Positions 25,963-35,711 of a stretch of 64,000 nucleotides of DNA are shown here, piece after piece (the first letter of the stretch is position 1; the number at the start of each line of letters is the position of its first letter). The DNA is from Planctomycetota bacterium. Its GTDB lineage: Bacteria; Planctomycetota; UBA1135; UBA2386. The translations under genes and the position numbers were made by a program. Location: contig OZ245838.1 in NCBI GenBank assembly GCA_965228735.1, forward strand, positions 6,624,001 through 6,688,000. Direction: 5' to 3'. The notes beneath the pieces are model-generated. The model was given only the letters and a program-made list of their open reading frames with translations, was not told the origin of the DNA and ran no database searches.

Positions 25963-26868
25963 ATGAAATCCAACGACCGCTTCCGCGTCGCGTTCCGTTC
26001 GCTGCTCGCCCTGCTGTTCTGTCTGTCCGTCGCGTTGCCGGCGCCGACGCAGGACGGCTACCCGCGCTACACGCCCGAGCGGACCGAGCGCAAGACCGAG
26101 AAGGGCGAGGACGGCAAGCTCGTCTGGGCCAAGTGGGAGTTCGAGAAGTGCCGCGCGTGCACGGGCACGGGCAAGGCCAAGTGCACGGTCTGCGAACGCA
26201 TGTTCGAGGAGGCCAACTGCCCCGACTGCAAGCGCACGGAGAAGCGCGAGATCGTCTGCCGGACGTGTGTCGGTGAAGGCCAGCTGCCGGACCCGCTGCA
26301 CAAAGTGCACTGTCCCGGCTGCGCCGGTGCCGGCTTCCTGTTCTGCACGGTTTGCAGCAGTGGCGGCAAGCTCAAGGTCAACAAGGCCAAGCGCGTGAGC
26401 GCCTGCCCCGCCTGCCGCGGCGACGGGATGTGGAAGTGCGAGGCCTGTGACGGCAAGCGGTTCGTCGGCGGCGCGAAGCTCAAGCCGTCGCTCGCCGAGT
26501 GCGAGGACCCGGGCAAGATCCAGGCTGCCCTCGACGTCGCGGACGAAATGCTCAAGGAGCTCGACAAGTTCAAGCCCGCCGGTGGACCGAAGGCGCGCAA
26601 GGAGGTCAAGGAACTCCAGCGCATCATCAAGATCGGCTACAAGGACTTCGTCGCGCTGAAGCCGTTCCACAAGCAGGTCGGCAAGTACATGGGCAAGATC
26701 TTCGCGGGCAAGCAGTTCGTGGCGGCGGCGGAGCACGAGTCCTACGCGATGAGCCGCATCAAGACCGCGATGGAGTACTACCTCAAGATGCAGAAGCAGA
26801 TGCTGACGGCGGCGAAGAAGCGCGCCGAGGCGAACGCCAAGATCGAGGAAGAGAACAAGGGCAAGTGA
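25963..26868 (+). CDS. Secreted protein with eight CxxC motifs (DnaJ zinc-finger-like)
   Basis: Signal peptide; CRACTGTG, CRTCVGEG, CPGCAGAG, CPACRGDG etc.; Lys-rich helical C-terminus. Confidence 0.8.
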   Translation: MKSNDRFRVAFRSLLALLFCLSVALPAPTQDGYPRYTPERTERKTEKGEDGKLVWAKWEFEKCRACTGTGKAKCTVCERMFEEANCPDCKRTEKREIVCRTCVGEGQLPDPLHKVHCPGCAGAGFLFCTVCSSGGKLKVNKAKRVSACPACRGDGMWKCEACDGKRFVGGAKLKPSLAECEDPGKIQAALDVADEMLKELDKFKPAGGPKARKEVKELQRIIKIGYKDFVALKPFHKQVGKYMGKIFAGKQFVAAAEHESYAMSRIKTAMEYYLKMQKQMLTAAKKRAEANAKIEEENKGK

Positions 26869-29783
26869 GTCAGTTTCGCACCGCGGCGGCCGCCTTCACC
26901 GCGGCCGGTCTCCTCCTCGCCGCGGTCGCCGCGCAAGGTGTCGTCAATCGTTCGTTGCTCGCCGCGCCGGAGACCCCGGCCGCCGACGGACTCCGCACCG
27001 GCCCGGTCGCGATCGTCGACGCGGCGTCGCCGAGCGTCGTGCACGTCTACGTCGAGGTCGACGGACCGCGCGGCAAGTTCAAGATCGAGCGCTCGAGTTC
27101 GGGTGTCGTCGTCGACGCCACCGGGCTCGTGCTGACGTGGCATCACCTCGTCGCGGAAGCCGTCGGCGCGGCCGACAAGCGGGTCTTTGCGCAGCTCAAC
27201 GACGCGAGCAACACGTGCCTCCCCGCCGAGATCGTGCGGCAGGACGCGGCGACCGGCCTCGCGCTGTTGCGCATCGCGGCGCCCGCACGCGGGCTGCAGG
27301 CCATCGAGCTGGGGCCCGACCGCCCGCGGCCGGGCGAGGGCCTCGTGCTCGTCGCGCGGCCCGAGGGTGAGGCCGTGCTCGCGTTCGCCGGAGTCGCGAG
27401 TTCTGCGCTGATGCCGGTGACCGCGCACGGCGCCGAGCTCGGCCCGGACGCGATCTGCATGACCGACGCGCGCAACGACGAGCGCTGCGACGGCGCGCTC
27501 GCCGTCGACCGGTCCGGCCGACTGCTCGGACTGTTCGCGTCGGAGCACGTGCAGCAGGACAAGTCCGAGCCGACGCTTGCCGACCTGCAGCGTCCGAGCT
27601 TCGGTGTGGTGGTGAACGCGGGGACGATCCGGCGCGCGTTCGCTGCGGAGTTCGGCAAGGGGCAGAACGTGACCCTGCGGCAGGCGCCCGCGGCGGCCGA
27701 GTGCCGCACGGCGCGAGCGACGGCGACCATCGCTCCGGCCGTCGTCAGCGTCATGGACGGCGCCGGCGAGCTGCCGGAGTTCGCGGAACTCGATCCCGGG
27801 GTGAGTCGTCGTCGCGATGGTCTCGGCTCGGGCGTGATCGTGAGCAAGCGCGGTCTCGTCGTGACCAACGGTCACCTCGTGGGCAGCGGTCGCGCGACCG
27901 TGCGGACGATGGACGGCCAGTCGTTCCCCGCGAAGATCGTCGATCTGCGGCCGGCGATGAATCTCGCGCTGTTGCAGTGCGAGCTGCCGGCCGGCGTGAC
28001 GCTGCCGGTGGCCGAGTTCGCCGCCGATGGTGACGTCGTCGTCGGGGAGACCGTGGTCGCGGTGGGCAACCCGTTCGCGGCGGCGCCGGTCGTATCGGGC
28101 GGCGTGATCTCCGCGATTCGCAACGGCGGGCGCATCCAGGCCGATGCCGATCTCGGCAACCCCAACGCGGGCGGTGCGGTGGTCGACCTCGATGGTCGGG
28201 TGCTCGGCATCGTCGATGGCGGCATCGTCGATCCGCTCGAGCTGGCGTTCCTGATGCGCGGAGATCGGGTGACCAAGGAGAGCAACCTGTCGACGTTCGT
28301 CGGCATGCGCGCGGTTCGGCACGGATTCCGCCGCGAGCTCGGCGAGCTCGCGGATCCGACCGAGTCGATCGTCGCGCAGCCACCCGCGACCCCCGACAAG
28401 CGCGCGACGCCGCTGACCCGCATGATCGAGGCCAAGGCCTCGGCGATGCTCAACATCTACATCGCGGAGAACGTCGCGGTGCCGGACCCGGACGATCCGT
28501 TCGCCTCGATGGCGGAGCCCGAACTCGAGCCGCGCAGCCTCGGCTCGGGCGTCATCATCGATCGCAGCGGGCTGGCCCTCAGCAACTGGCACGTCGTCGA
28601 CGCCGCGGTCAACCCGGACGGCTCACCGCGGGCCGATCACGTGATCACGGCGCGCGTCTACGGCGGCAAGACCTACGCCGTCGAGGTGCTCGCGATCTCG
28701 CGTGAGGACGACCTGTCGCTCATCCGGCTGGTGCTCGAGCCGGGAGAGGAGGTGCCCGCGATCGAGCTCAGCAGTTCGAGCGACCTGCCGATCGGCGCGG
28801 CCGTCGCGGCGATCGGCAACCCGCACGGGCAGGCCAACACGATCACCTACGGCGTCGTGTCCAAGAAGGGGCACTTCACGCGGATTCGCGGGCGTTGGGC
28901 CAAGCTCGGTCCGCTCATCGAGACCGACGCGGCGATCAACGGCGGCAACAGCGGCGGCGCGCTCGTCGACATGCAGGGCCGGCTCGTCGGTATCAACAGC
29001 GCGGGCGGCGGCACGTTCACCAACCGCGGGTTCGCGATCGAGGTCGATCACGTCCGCGACGTGCTGATCGGCAAGCTGTTCTCGCCCTACAAGCTGCGCA
29101 GCGCCGACCTCGGCATGCGGGTGCTCGATGACGAGGGCAAGGTGCTCGTCATGGACATCGACGACCGCGGGCCGGCCGCGCGCGTCGGGGTTCGGGGCGG
29201 CGACCGGATCGTGTCGCTCGCCGGCACGGACATCACGTGGGGGCCGGGCTTCGCACTGACGCTGCGCGAGCTGCCCGCGAACGAGCCGGTGAAGCTCGTG
29301 GTCGAACGCGATGGCGAGCGCCACACGTTCGAAGTCGCGCCGATCGGCTACGCCGAGTGGGTCGTCGTCAAGCAGAGCAATCTGCTCTGCCGGACGTTCG
29401 GCTACCGCGAGAACGCCGACCGCGCGCGCGCCGCCGCGATCGCGCTGCACCGTGAGCTCACGGGCGACGCGACGGGCGCACCGCCGGTGATTCCCGAGAC
29501 GTTCGTCATCGTCGAGCGCACGTTCAAGGCCGGCGCCGACTTCGCGATCGAGCTGCAGCCGCAGGACCTGCTGCTCGCGGTCGAACTGCCCGGTCCGCGC
29601 GGTCGCGTGGTGACCGAACAGCTGCGCACCCTCGAACAGCTCCGCGATCTGTTCAACGATCGCACCCGCGGCAAGAAGGACGGCGTCGATCACTACAAGG
29701 TGCCGGCGGAGTACACCGTCCTGATCGACCGCGCCGGCAAACTCGAACGCGTGAAGGTCCGAGCCCGCCGCCTGCTCTGGTAG
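26865..29783 (+). CDS. HtrA-like serine protease with three trypsin-like domains and PDZ
   Basis: Three SGV(V/I)(V/I)...H segments; TDAAINGGNSGG only in the third; GPAARVGVRGGDRIV PDZ; GTGA overlap. Confidence 0.88.
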   Translation: MSQFRTAAAAFTAAGLLLAAVAAQGVVNRSLLAAPETPAADGLRTGPVAIVDAASPSVVHVYVEVDGPRGKFKIERSSSGVVVDATGLVLTWHHLVAEAVGAADKRVFAQLNDASNTCLPAEIVRQDAATGLALLRIAAPARGLQAIELGPDRPRPGEGLVLVARPEGEAVLAFAGVASSALMPVTAHGAELGPDAICMTDARNDERCDGALAVDRSGRLLGLFASEHVQQDKSEPTLADLQRPSFGVVVNAGTIRRAFAAEFGKGQNVTLRQAPAAAECRTARATATIAPAVVSVMDGAGELPEFAELDPGVSRRRDGLGSGVIVSKRGLVVTNGHLVGSGRATVRTMDGQSFPAKIVDLRPAMNLALLQCELPAGVTLPVAEFAADGDVVVGETVVAVGNPFAAAPVVSGGVISAIRNGGRIQADADLGNPNAGGAVVDLDGRVLGIVDGGIVDPLELAFLMRGDRVTKESNLSTFVGMRAVRHGFRRELGELADPTESIVAQPPATPDKRATPLTRMIEAKASAMLNIYIAENVAVPDPDDPFASMAEPELEPRSLGSGVIIDRSGLALSNWHVVDAAVNPDGSPRADHVITARVYGGKTYAVEVLAISREDDLSLIRLVLEPGEEVPAIELSSSSDLPIGAAVAAIGNPHGQANTITYGVVSKKGHFTRIRGRWAKLGPLIETDAAINGGNSGGALVDMQGRLVGINSAGGGTFTNRGFAIEVDHVRDVLIGKLFSPYKLRSADLGMRVLDDEGKVLVMDIDDRGPAARVGVRGGDRIVSLAGTDITWGPGFALTLRELPANEPVKLVVERDGERHTFEVAPIGYAEWVVVKQSNLLCRTFGYRENADRARAAAIALHRELTGDATGAPPVIPETFVIVERTFKAGADFAIELQPQDLLLAVELPGPRGRVVTEQLRTLEQLRDLFNDRTRGKKDGVDHYKVPAEYTVLIDRAGKLERVKVRARRLLW

Positions 29784-29786
29784 AGC

Positions 29787-29901
29787 TGGCGATACCGAAC
29801 CCGTTTCGAATCCGCCACGGACGGAACGACTCAACCAGCGAGGGTGGCGAGCCTTGCCGCCGCGCTGGGGTGGCGGATTCGAAACGGGTTCGGTACCGCC
29901 A
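29787..29901. repeat. REP-like inverted repeat (family B)
   Basis: 32-bp arms tggcg(a/g)taccgaacccgtttcgaatccgccac with one mismatch and a 51-nt spacer, between convergent genes. Confidence 0.85.
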
Positions 29902-29913
29902 CGGTCATGTCGG

Positions 29914-32175
29914 TCACTTCGCGGTGAAGGTGCCCTTCGCGGACTGGTTGCGGCCGCCGTCGCCCCAGCTCCACTGGAAGCTCATCTGGCCCTTGAGCGG
30001 CTGCAGCGGCCAGAAGACGCACATGCCCGGGGCGGCGGTCGTGCGGATCTTGCCCTCGTAGCTGTAGATGCCCTCGACCTGCTGGCCGTCCTTGTCGAGG
30101 AGGGTGCACGTGATGCTCTTGCGGTTGGGCACGCCGCCCGTGCCGCCGAAGTGCAGCGTCAGGGGGAAGCCGACGACCTGCTTGTCGCCGTGGCCCGCCT
30201 TCTCGAGCCATTTCTGCAGGTCCGGCCCCATGTCCGCGACGTTGACCGAGCCGTCGAACAGCTGCCGCGGACTGTTGGGCCGCGGGAAGCACGACACCCC
30301 GCGCTTCTCCGGCACCGGGTCGCCGATCCCGCTGACCGCGTTGATCACCATCACCTTGCCCTGGATGAACATGCCGATCGATCGGATCGTGTTGTTGAGC
30401 AGCGCGTCGCGATAGCCCGGCTTGCTGACCCAGCTCTCGAACATCTTCTCGGCCTTGCTGGCGGCTGCGCGCGTCTCCACGAGCGCCATCTGCGCGAACA
30501 TGCTGCCGACGTAGCTGCCGCCGAGGGCGACGGACTGCGTGTGTTCGGCCGCCGGCCCGCGTTGGTCACCGTTCTGATCGAGGTAGGCCGCGTGCGCCTT
30601 GCAGCGGGCTGACAGATTGGCCGACCACTTGACCGGCGTCGCGTCGAACTGCTTGCGCACCTCGTTGAAGGCCTCGAGGAACTTGTCGACGCCCTTGCTG
30701 ATCGACTCGAGCGGCGGCGTGCGGTTCTGGATCGACTCGAGCACGGGCGACGCGCCCGTCCAGAAGTCCTCCCATTCCTGATCCAGCTGCGGGATCGTGA
30801 CGTCGGGATACTTCTTCTGGAACAGGGCCTCGAACTCGGCCGGCTGCTTGCTGCGCTTCTTCTTGAGCTCCTGCGCGATGCGATCCATCGCGCGCAGCAT
30901 CTCGGGGTCACGCCGCAGCATGTAGTCCGAGAACGACCACGCCTTGATGCGCTCGTCGTTGGTGAACGCCGCGGCGTCGCAGAACGGCAGCTGATTCGCG
31001 GGGACGCCGCCGGTGCTGCGCCACGCCATTTCGAGGCTGAGGTTCTTCCAGACGTCGAAGTCGGGGGACGCGTATTCCTGGTCCTCCTCGCTCGCCGTCG
31101 TGCCCTGCTGCTTCTTGAGGTCGACGGAGAACAGACGGTTGTTGTTGAACATCATGCCGACGAGCGTGTGGCCGATGCCTTCGCTGAAACCGTCCGCGCC
31201 GAAACCGGCGTAGATGGAAGCGACGTTGCGCACGCACGCATCGAACAGGGTCTGTCGACCGTTCGTCGCGCCGACGCGCGTCCGGCCGATGTTGGACGCG
31301 CTCGAGTGCTCGAGCTTCCACTCGAGGTCCGGCACCTGGTTGGCCTTGAGGATCTGCTGATAGGTCTTCTTGTCGGTGAAGAACGCCCAGTCGAGCGGCC
31401 ACGGACCGTCCTTGTAGCTCCAGGGGAACGCGACCTTGCAGACGCGCAGTGCGCGCTCGGCCCACTGCAGGGCTTCGAGCAGGTGCTCCTCGCTCTCGGG
31501 GTCGCCGTGCAGCGTGAAGTGCTCGGACCGGGCGGTGATGTAGGGCACCTGCGCGCCGAGCAGCGGTCGGCACTCGACGCCGTCGACGATCTTCGCCTCG
31601 TAGTCGATCTTCGACTGCTCCTCGACGGCCTGCTCGATCATCAGGCTGCGCTCGTAGAGCGTCTTCTCGAGATCGGTGCCGGACAGCGAGCCGACGGCGA
31701 CGTGGTCGAGCGCCTTCTCGGCCTCTTCGTCACCCTTGCTCCACCGCAGCACGAGCCGCCAGTGCTTGTCCGCCATGTCGCGGCGGTCGGCCTTCTGCCA
31801 CTTGCGGGCCTGGCTGCGGTGCTTGTTCGCGAGGTCCTTCTTGAGCTTGTCGTAGGCGCTGCGCAGCGGCTTGCCATCGGCGCCGCTGCCGGTGTCCTCG
31901 CGCGGGTACTCCTTGTCGGGATCCGGGTTCCAGCTGCTGCCGACCTTGACGTAGCCGAGGGACGTCCACGCGTCCTCGTTGTCGCTGTCGTAGAGCTTGA
32001 TCGTCTGCAGCCAGACGACCTTGGCGATCCGCGGGAAGCCCTTCTTGAAGGCCTTCTCGGCGAACGAGTTCAGCGACTTGGCCTGGCGGGCGTTGAACGT
32101 CGCGTCGTCGTCCTGGCCGAGGGCGGCAACGGTGACGGTCAGGGTGGTGAGGAGGGTCAGCAGGAAGCGGTGCAT
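29914..32175 (-). CDS. Secreted protein with C-terminal CAP/SCP-like domain
   Basis: Signal peptide; FNEVRKQFDATPVKWSANLSARCKAHAAYL...WVSKPGYRDALL resembles CAP. Confidence 0.7.
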   Translation of the reverse strand: MHRFLLTLLTTLTVTVAALGQDDDATFNARQAKSLNSFAEKAFKKGFPRIAKVVWLQTIKLYDSDNEDAWTSLGYVKVGSSWNPDPDKEYPREDTGSGADGKPLRSAYDKLKKDLANKHRSQARKWQKADRRDMADKHWRLVLRWSKGDEEAEKALDHVAVGSLSGTDLEKTLYERSLMIEQAVEEQSKIDYEAKIVDGVECRPLLGAQVPYITARSEHFTLHGDPESEEHLLEALQWAERALRVCKVAFPWSYKDGPWPLDWAFFTDKKTYQQILKANQVPDLEWKLEHSSASNIGRTRVGATNGRQTLFDACVRNVASIYAGFGADGFSEGIGHTLVGMMFNNNRLFSVDLKKQQGTTASEEDQEYASPDFDVWKNLSLEMAWRSTGGVPANQLPFCDAAAFTNDERIKAWSFSDYMLRRDPEMLRAMDRIAQELKKKRSKQPAEFEALFQKKYPDVTIPQLDQEWEDFWTGASPVLESIQNRTPPLESISKGVDKFLEAFNEVRKQFDATPVKWSANLSARCKAHAAYLDQNGDQRGPAAEHTQSVALGGSYVGSMFAQMALVETRAAASKAEKMFESWVSKPGYRDALLNNTIRSIGMFIQGKVMVINAVSGIGDPVPEKRGVSCFPRPNSPRQLFDGSVNVADMGPDLQKWLEKAGHGDKQVVGFPLTLHFGGTGGVPNRKSITCTLLDKDGQQVEGIYSYEGKIRTTAAPGMCVFWPLQPLKGQMSFQWSWGDGGRNQSAKGTFTAK

Positions 32176-32305
32176 TCGAGGCGGTATTCGGAGGCGGGCG
32201 CGAATGTGTGCGGGGGGCCGGATGTCGGGGCGCAGAGCCTATCAGAATCGCGCCACCATTCCGTTGGCCGGCGCGGGTCGGGACGCCATACTCGTTCGCC
32301 CAAAT

Positions 32306-33397
32306 ATGAGCACTGTCTACGACATTGGAGTTCTGCCCGGCGACGGCATCGGTGAAGAGGTCGTCAACGAGGCCCTCAAGGTGCTGGACGCCGTCCAGTC
32401 GGTCTACGGCTTCGAGACGAAGCGCGAAGCGATGCCGTACGGCGCAGAGCACTACCTCGCCACGGGCGAGACGATGCCCGATGCCGCGTTCGACCGGGTT
32501 CGTGACATGCACGCGGTGCTGTTCGGGGCGATCGGCGATCCCCGCATCGAGGTCGGCAAGCTCGAGTTCGCGATCATCGCGGGCATGCGGCACAAGCTCG
32601 ACCTGTTCGTCAACCTGCGCCCGGTCAAGCTCTACCACGAGTCGATGTGCCCGCTGAAGGGCAAGACGCCGGCCGACATCGACATCATGTTCTGCCGCGA
32701 GAACACCGAGGACGCCTACGCCGGCATCCACGGCACGACCAAGAAGGGCAGCCCGAACGAGATCGCGCTGCAGCAGATGGTCTACACGCGCCGCGGCACG
32801 GAGCGCATCATCCGCTACGCGTTCGAGCTCGCGAAGAAGCGCGGCCCGAAGCCCGGCAAGGACAAGCCGCAGGTCACCCTCGTCGACAAGGCCAACGCCG
32901 TGCGCGCGCAGGACATCTGGACGCGCGTGTTCGCCGAGGTCGCGGCCGAGTATCCCGACATCGACACCGACCACGCCTACATCGACGCGGCGTGCATGTG
33001 GATGGTGAAGAACCCGGAGTGGTTCGACGTCGCCGTGACGACCAACCTCTTCGGTGACATCATCACCGACCTCGGCGCGATGCTGATCGGCGGCATGGGC
33101 ATCGCGGCTTCGGGCAACATCCACCCGGGGCAGGTCTCGATGTTCGAGGGCATCCACGGCAGCGCGCCGAAGTACAAGGGCCTCGACAAGGCCAGCCCGC
33201 TCGCGACCATCCTCGCGATGGCGCTCATGCTCGACCACATCGGCGAGGCCGAGGCGAGCACCGAACTCGAAGCGACCGTCGCGGAGCTGATCCAGGCGGG
33301 CAAGATCCGCAGCTTGCGGGCGGGCGAGCACAAGTGCTCCGAGCTCGGTGACATGGTCAAGGACGCGCTGCTCGAACGCGCCGCTGCCCGCAGCTGA
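32306..33397 (+). CDS. leuB: 3-isopropylmalate dehydrogenase (isocitrate/isopropylmalate dehydrogenase family)
   Basis: LPGDGIGEEV, NLRP, RENTE, VDKANA, NLFGDIITD, FEGIHGSAP; substrate not certain. Confidence 0.8.
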   Translation: MSTVYDIGVLPGDGIGEEVVNEALKVLDAVQSVYGFETKREAMPYGAEHYLATGETMPDAAFDRVRDMHAVLFGAIGDPRIEVGKLEFAIIAGMRHKLDLFVNLRPVKLYHESMCPLKGKTPADIDIMFCRENTEDAYAGIHGTTKKGSPNEIALQQMVYTRRGTERIIRYAFELAKKRGPKPGKDKPQVTLVDKANAVRAQDIWTRVFAEVAAEYPDIDTDHAYIDAACMWMVKNPEWFDVAVTTNLFGDIITDLGAMLIGGMGIAASGNIHPGQVSMFEGIHGSAPKYKGLDKASPLATILAMALMLDHIGEAEASTELEATVAELIQAGKIRSLRAGEHKCSELGDMVKDALLERAAARS

Positions 33398-33574
33398 CGG
33401 CGGCGCGCCCGTCACGCCGCTGGCCGCCGGCATCCGCTCGGGCGTAGACCCGGCGACGTCCGCGCCCCGGCGATTGCGGCAGGGTCGGTTTTCGGCAGGG
33501 GCTGGCCTGGGTTAGACTCCGCGGTCGCCGCCGCCCTCTCGCTGGCCTGCCCGCCGAAGCGAAGATTCGACCTC

Positions 33575-35347
33575 ATGCTGCAACCATTCCGTCCCGCTGT
33601 CCTTGCGGCCGCCGTGGCCGCGTTCGCCGCGTCCGTCGCTGCCCAATCCAACGGACTCCCGTCCGACACGACGACGCCGACCGCTCCCGCCTCGCAGGCG
33701 CCCACGGCCCACCCGGCGCCGCCGGCCTTGATGACGCAGTTCCACGTCGCATCCGCGACGGTGCAGAGTCTCACGGTCCCGGCCGGCAACCCGTTCAGCG
33801 CGACCATCCCGGTCGTTCTCGGCGGCCGGACGATGACGTTGCAGCTGGCGCAGCGCGAAGTCCGCGCGCCGTCGTTCCAACTCCTCGAACGCACCGCGAC
33901 CGGCCTCGTGACGCTCCCGAAGCCGGCGTGCGTGACCTACCGCGGTGACATCCGCGAGGATCCGGGCAGCGACGTCGCGGCCACGATTCGCGGCGGTTCC
34001 GTCACCGTGTTCGCGCGCTTGTCGGATGACAGCGTCTGGGGCATCCAGCCGGTCTCCGACGTCCAGCCGACCGCCGCACCGGCGCTGCACATCGCCTACC
34101 GCACCCGCGACAACGTCGCGCCCCCTCGTCAGTGCGGCGTGCAGGCCGTGGCGCCGCCCGTGCCCGCGCCGATCGGCGAAGACGTGATCTACGTGTGCGA
34201 GCTCGCGTGCGAGGCGGACTACCCGTTCTACCAGCAGAACGGCAGCAACGTGAACTCGACGCAGAGCGACGTCACGACCATCGTCAACGCGATGAACGTG
34301 ATCTACAACCGCGACGTCGACATCGACCTCTCGATCACTCAGATCATCGTCAACAGTTCGCCCGATCCGTACACGACGACCAGCGCGAACACGCTGCTCA
34401 ACCAGTTCGGCTCGCGCTGGAACACGACGTACTCCGGCGTGCAGCGCGACGTCGCCCACCTCTTCACGGGGCGCAACATCAACGGCGGGACGATCGGTAT
34501 CGCGACGCTGGGCACGGTCTGCAGCGTCGGCAGCGCCTACGGTCTGAGTCAGAGCCGCTACACCGGCAACTTCACCCTGCGCACGAGCCTCACGGCGCAC
34601 GAGATCGGGCACAACTTCGGCGCGAGTCACTGCAACACGAGTCCGCCGTGCTACATCATGTGTTCGGGCAACGGCGGCTGCGGCACCCCGACGCTGTTCG
34701 GCACGGCCGCGCAGAACCAGATCATCGCGTTCCGCCAGTCGATCAACTGTCTGACGATCCAGCCGACGACGCCCGTGATCGGTTCGATCTCGCAGGTCGC
34801 GATCCCGACCGTGTCGCCGCCGCAGATCGAGCTCACGGGCAGCGGCTTCCTCGGCGCGACGCACGTCTCGGTCGGCACCAACCAGGTGAGCGCGCAGGTC
34901 GTCAACGACTCGCTGCTGCGGTTCTACCCGCCGGTCGGGCTGCCGCTCGGCTTCGAGACCGTCACGGTGACGACGCCGGTCGGGACGAGCAACCCGAGCA
35001 CGCTCTGGTACCAGAACGCCAACCCGGCAATCCTCGTGACGCCGATCGCCGTGATCGGCGGCACGGACATGGAATGGCGGATGGGCGGCGTGGAGAACGA
35101 CTTCGCGTTCCTCGTGCTGAGTCTGCAGGGCACCACGAGTCCGTGGATGGGCTGGCCGCTCGTCGATGCGCCGATCATCTTCTGGACGGGTGGTCTCGAC
35201 GCGCGCGGCATGGCCGTGACGACGTTCCCGGTGCCGGCGAACACGCTGAGCGGGTTGCAGGTCTACTCGCAGCTCATCGACATCCAGAGCGGCGCGCTCG
35301 CCGTCCGCAGTCTGTCGGCCGTCAAGAACACGCTGATCTTCCTGTAG
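33575..35347 (+). CDS. Secreted M12B/reprolysin-like zinc metallopeptidase with IPT/TIG-like and C-terminal domains
   Basis: HEIGHNFGASH metzincin motif, YIM Met-turn, pro-domain CGV cysteine switch, signal peptide. Confidence 0.9.
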   Translation: MLQPFRPAVLAAAVAAFAASVAAQSNGLPSDTTTPTAPASQAPTAHPAPPALMTQFHVASATVQSLTVPAGNPFSATIPVVLGGRTMTLQLAQREVRAPSFQLLERTATGLVTLPKPACVTYRGDIREDPGSDVAATIRGGSVTVFARLSDDSVWGIQPVSDVQPTAAPALHIAYRTRDNVAPPRQCGVQAVAPPVPAPIGEDVIYVCELACEADYPFYQQNGSNVNSTQSDVTTIVNAMNVIYNRDVDIDLSITQIIVNSSPDPYTTTSANTLLNQFGSRWNTTYSGVQRDVAHLFTGRNINGGTIGIATLGTVCSVGSAYGLSQSRYTGNFTLRTSLTAHEIGHNFGASHCNTSPPCYIMCSGNGGCGTPTLFGTAAQNQIIAFRQSINCLTIQPTTPVIGSISQVAIPTVSPPQIELTGSGFLGATHVSVGTNQVSAQVVNDSLLRFYPPVGLPLGFETVTVTTPVGTSNPSTLWYQNANPAILVTPIAVIGGTDMEWRMGGVENDFAFLVLSLQGTTSPWMGWPLVDAPIIFWTGGLDARGMAVTTFPVPANTLSGLQVYSQLIDIQSGALAVRSLSAVKNTLIFL

Positions 35348-35711
35348 CGGTGGGGCTCAGGCCGGCGGCGGGTCCGTCGGAACCGTCCAGCGCGGCGTCG
35401 GGGCGGTGGCCGGCTCGCAGAGCTCGCGCCAGCTCGCGGGTCGCCACTCCGAGCCGGTCGGCCACGGTCGCCGTTCGCGCGCCGGGTCGGCCCGCTCGCG
35501 CTCCGGCCGGCCAGGAAGATCTCCGATCGCCAGGCACTCCATGACCTCTTGGTGGGGGCGGCGGGGGAACGTCGGCGGATTCCGGTCCCCGGACCGACGG
35601 CCGCGACCAACCCGTGGGACCAATCCGTTACGTGGGCAGATGGCGGGTGCGTGCGTTACCCGTCCTACCCTGGCCACGTTCGATCCAGGTGGAACTCCAC
35701 AGGACCCAAGA

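Noticed and set aside
25963..26868. Multiheme cytochrome c call
   Set aside because: None of the CxxC motifs is followed by His
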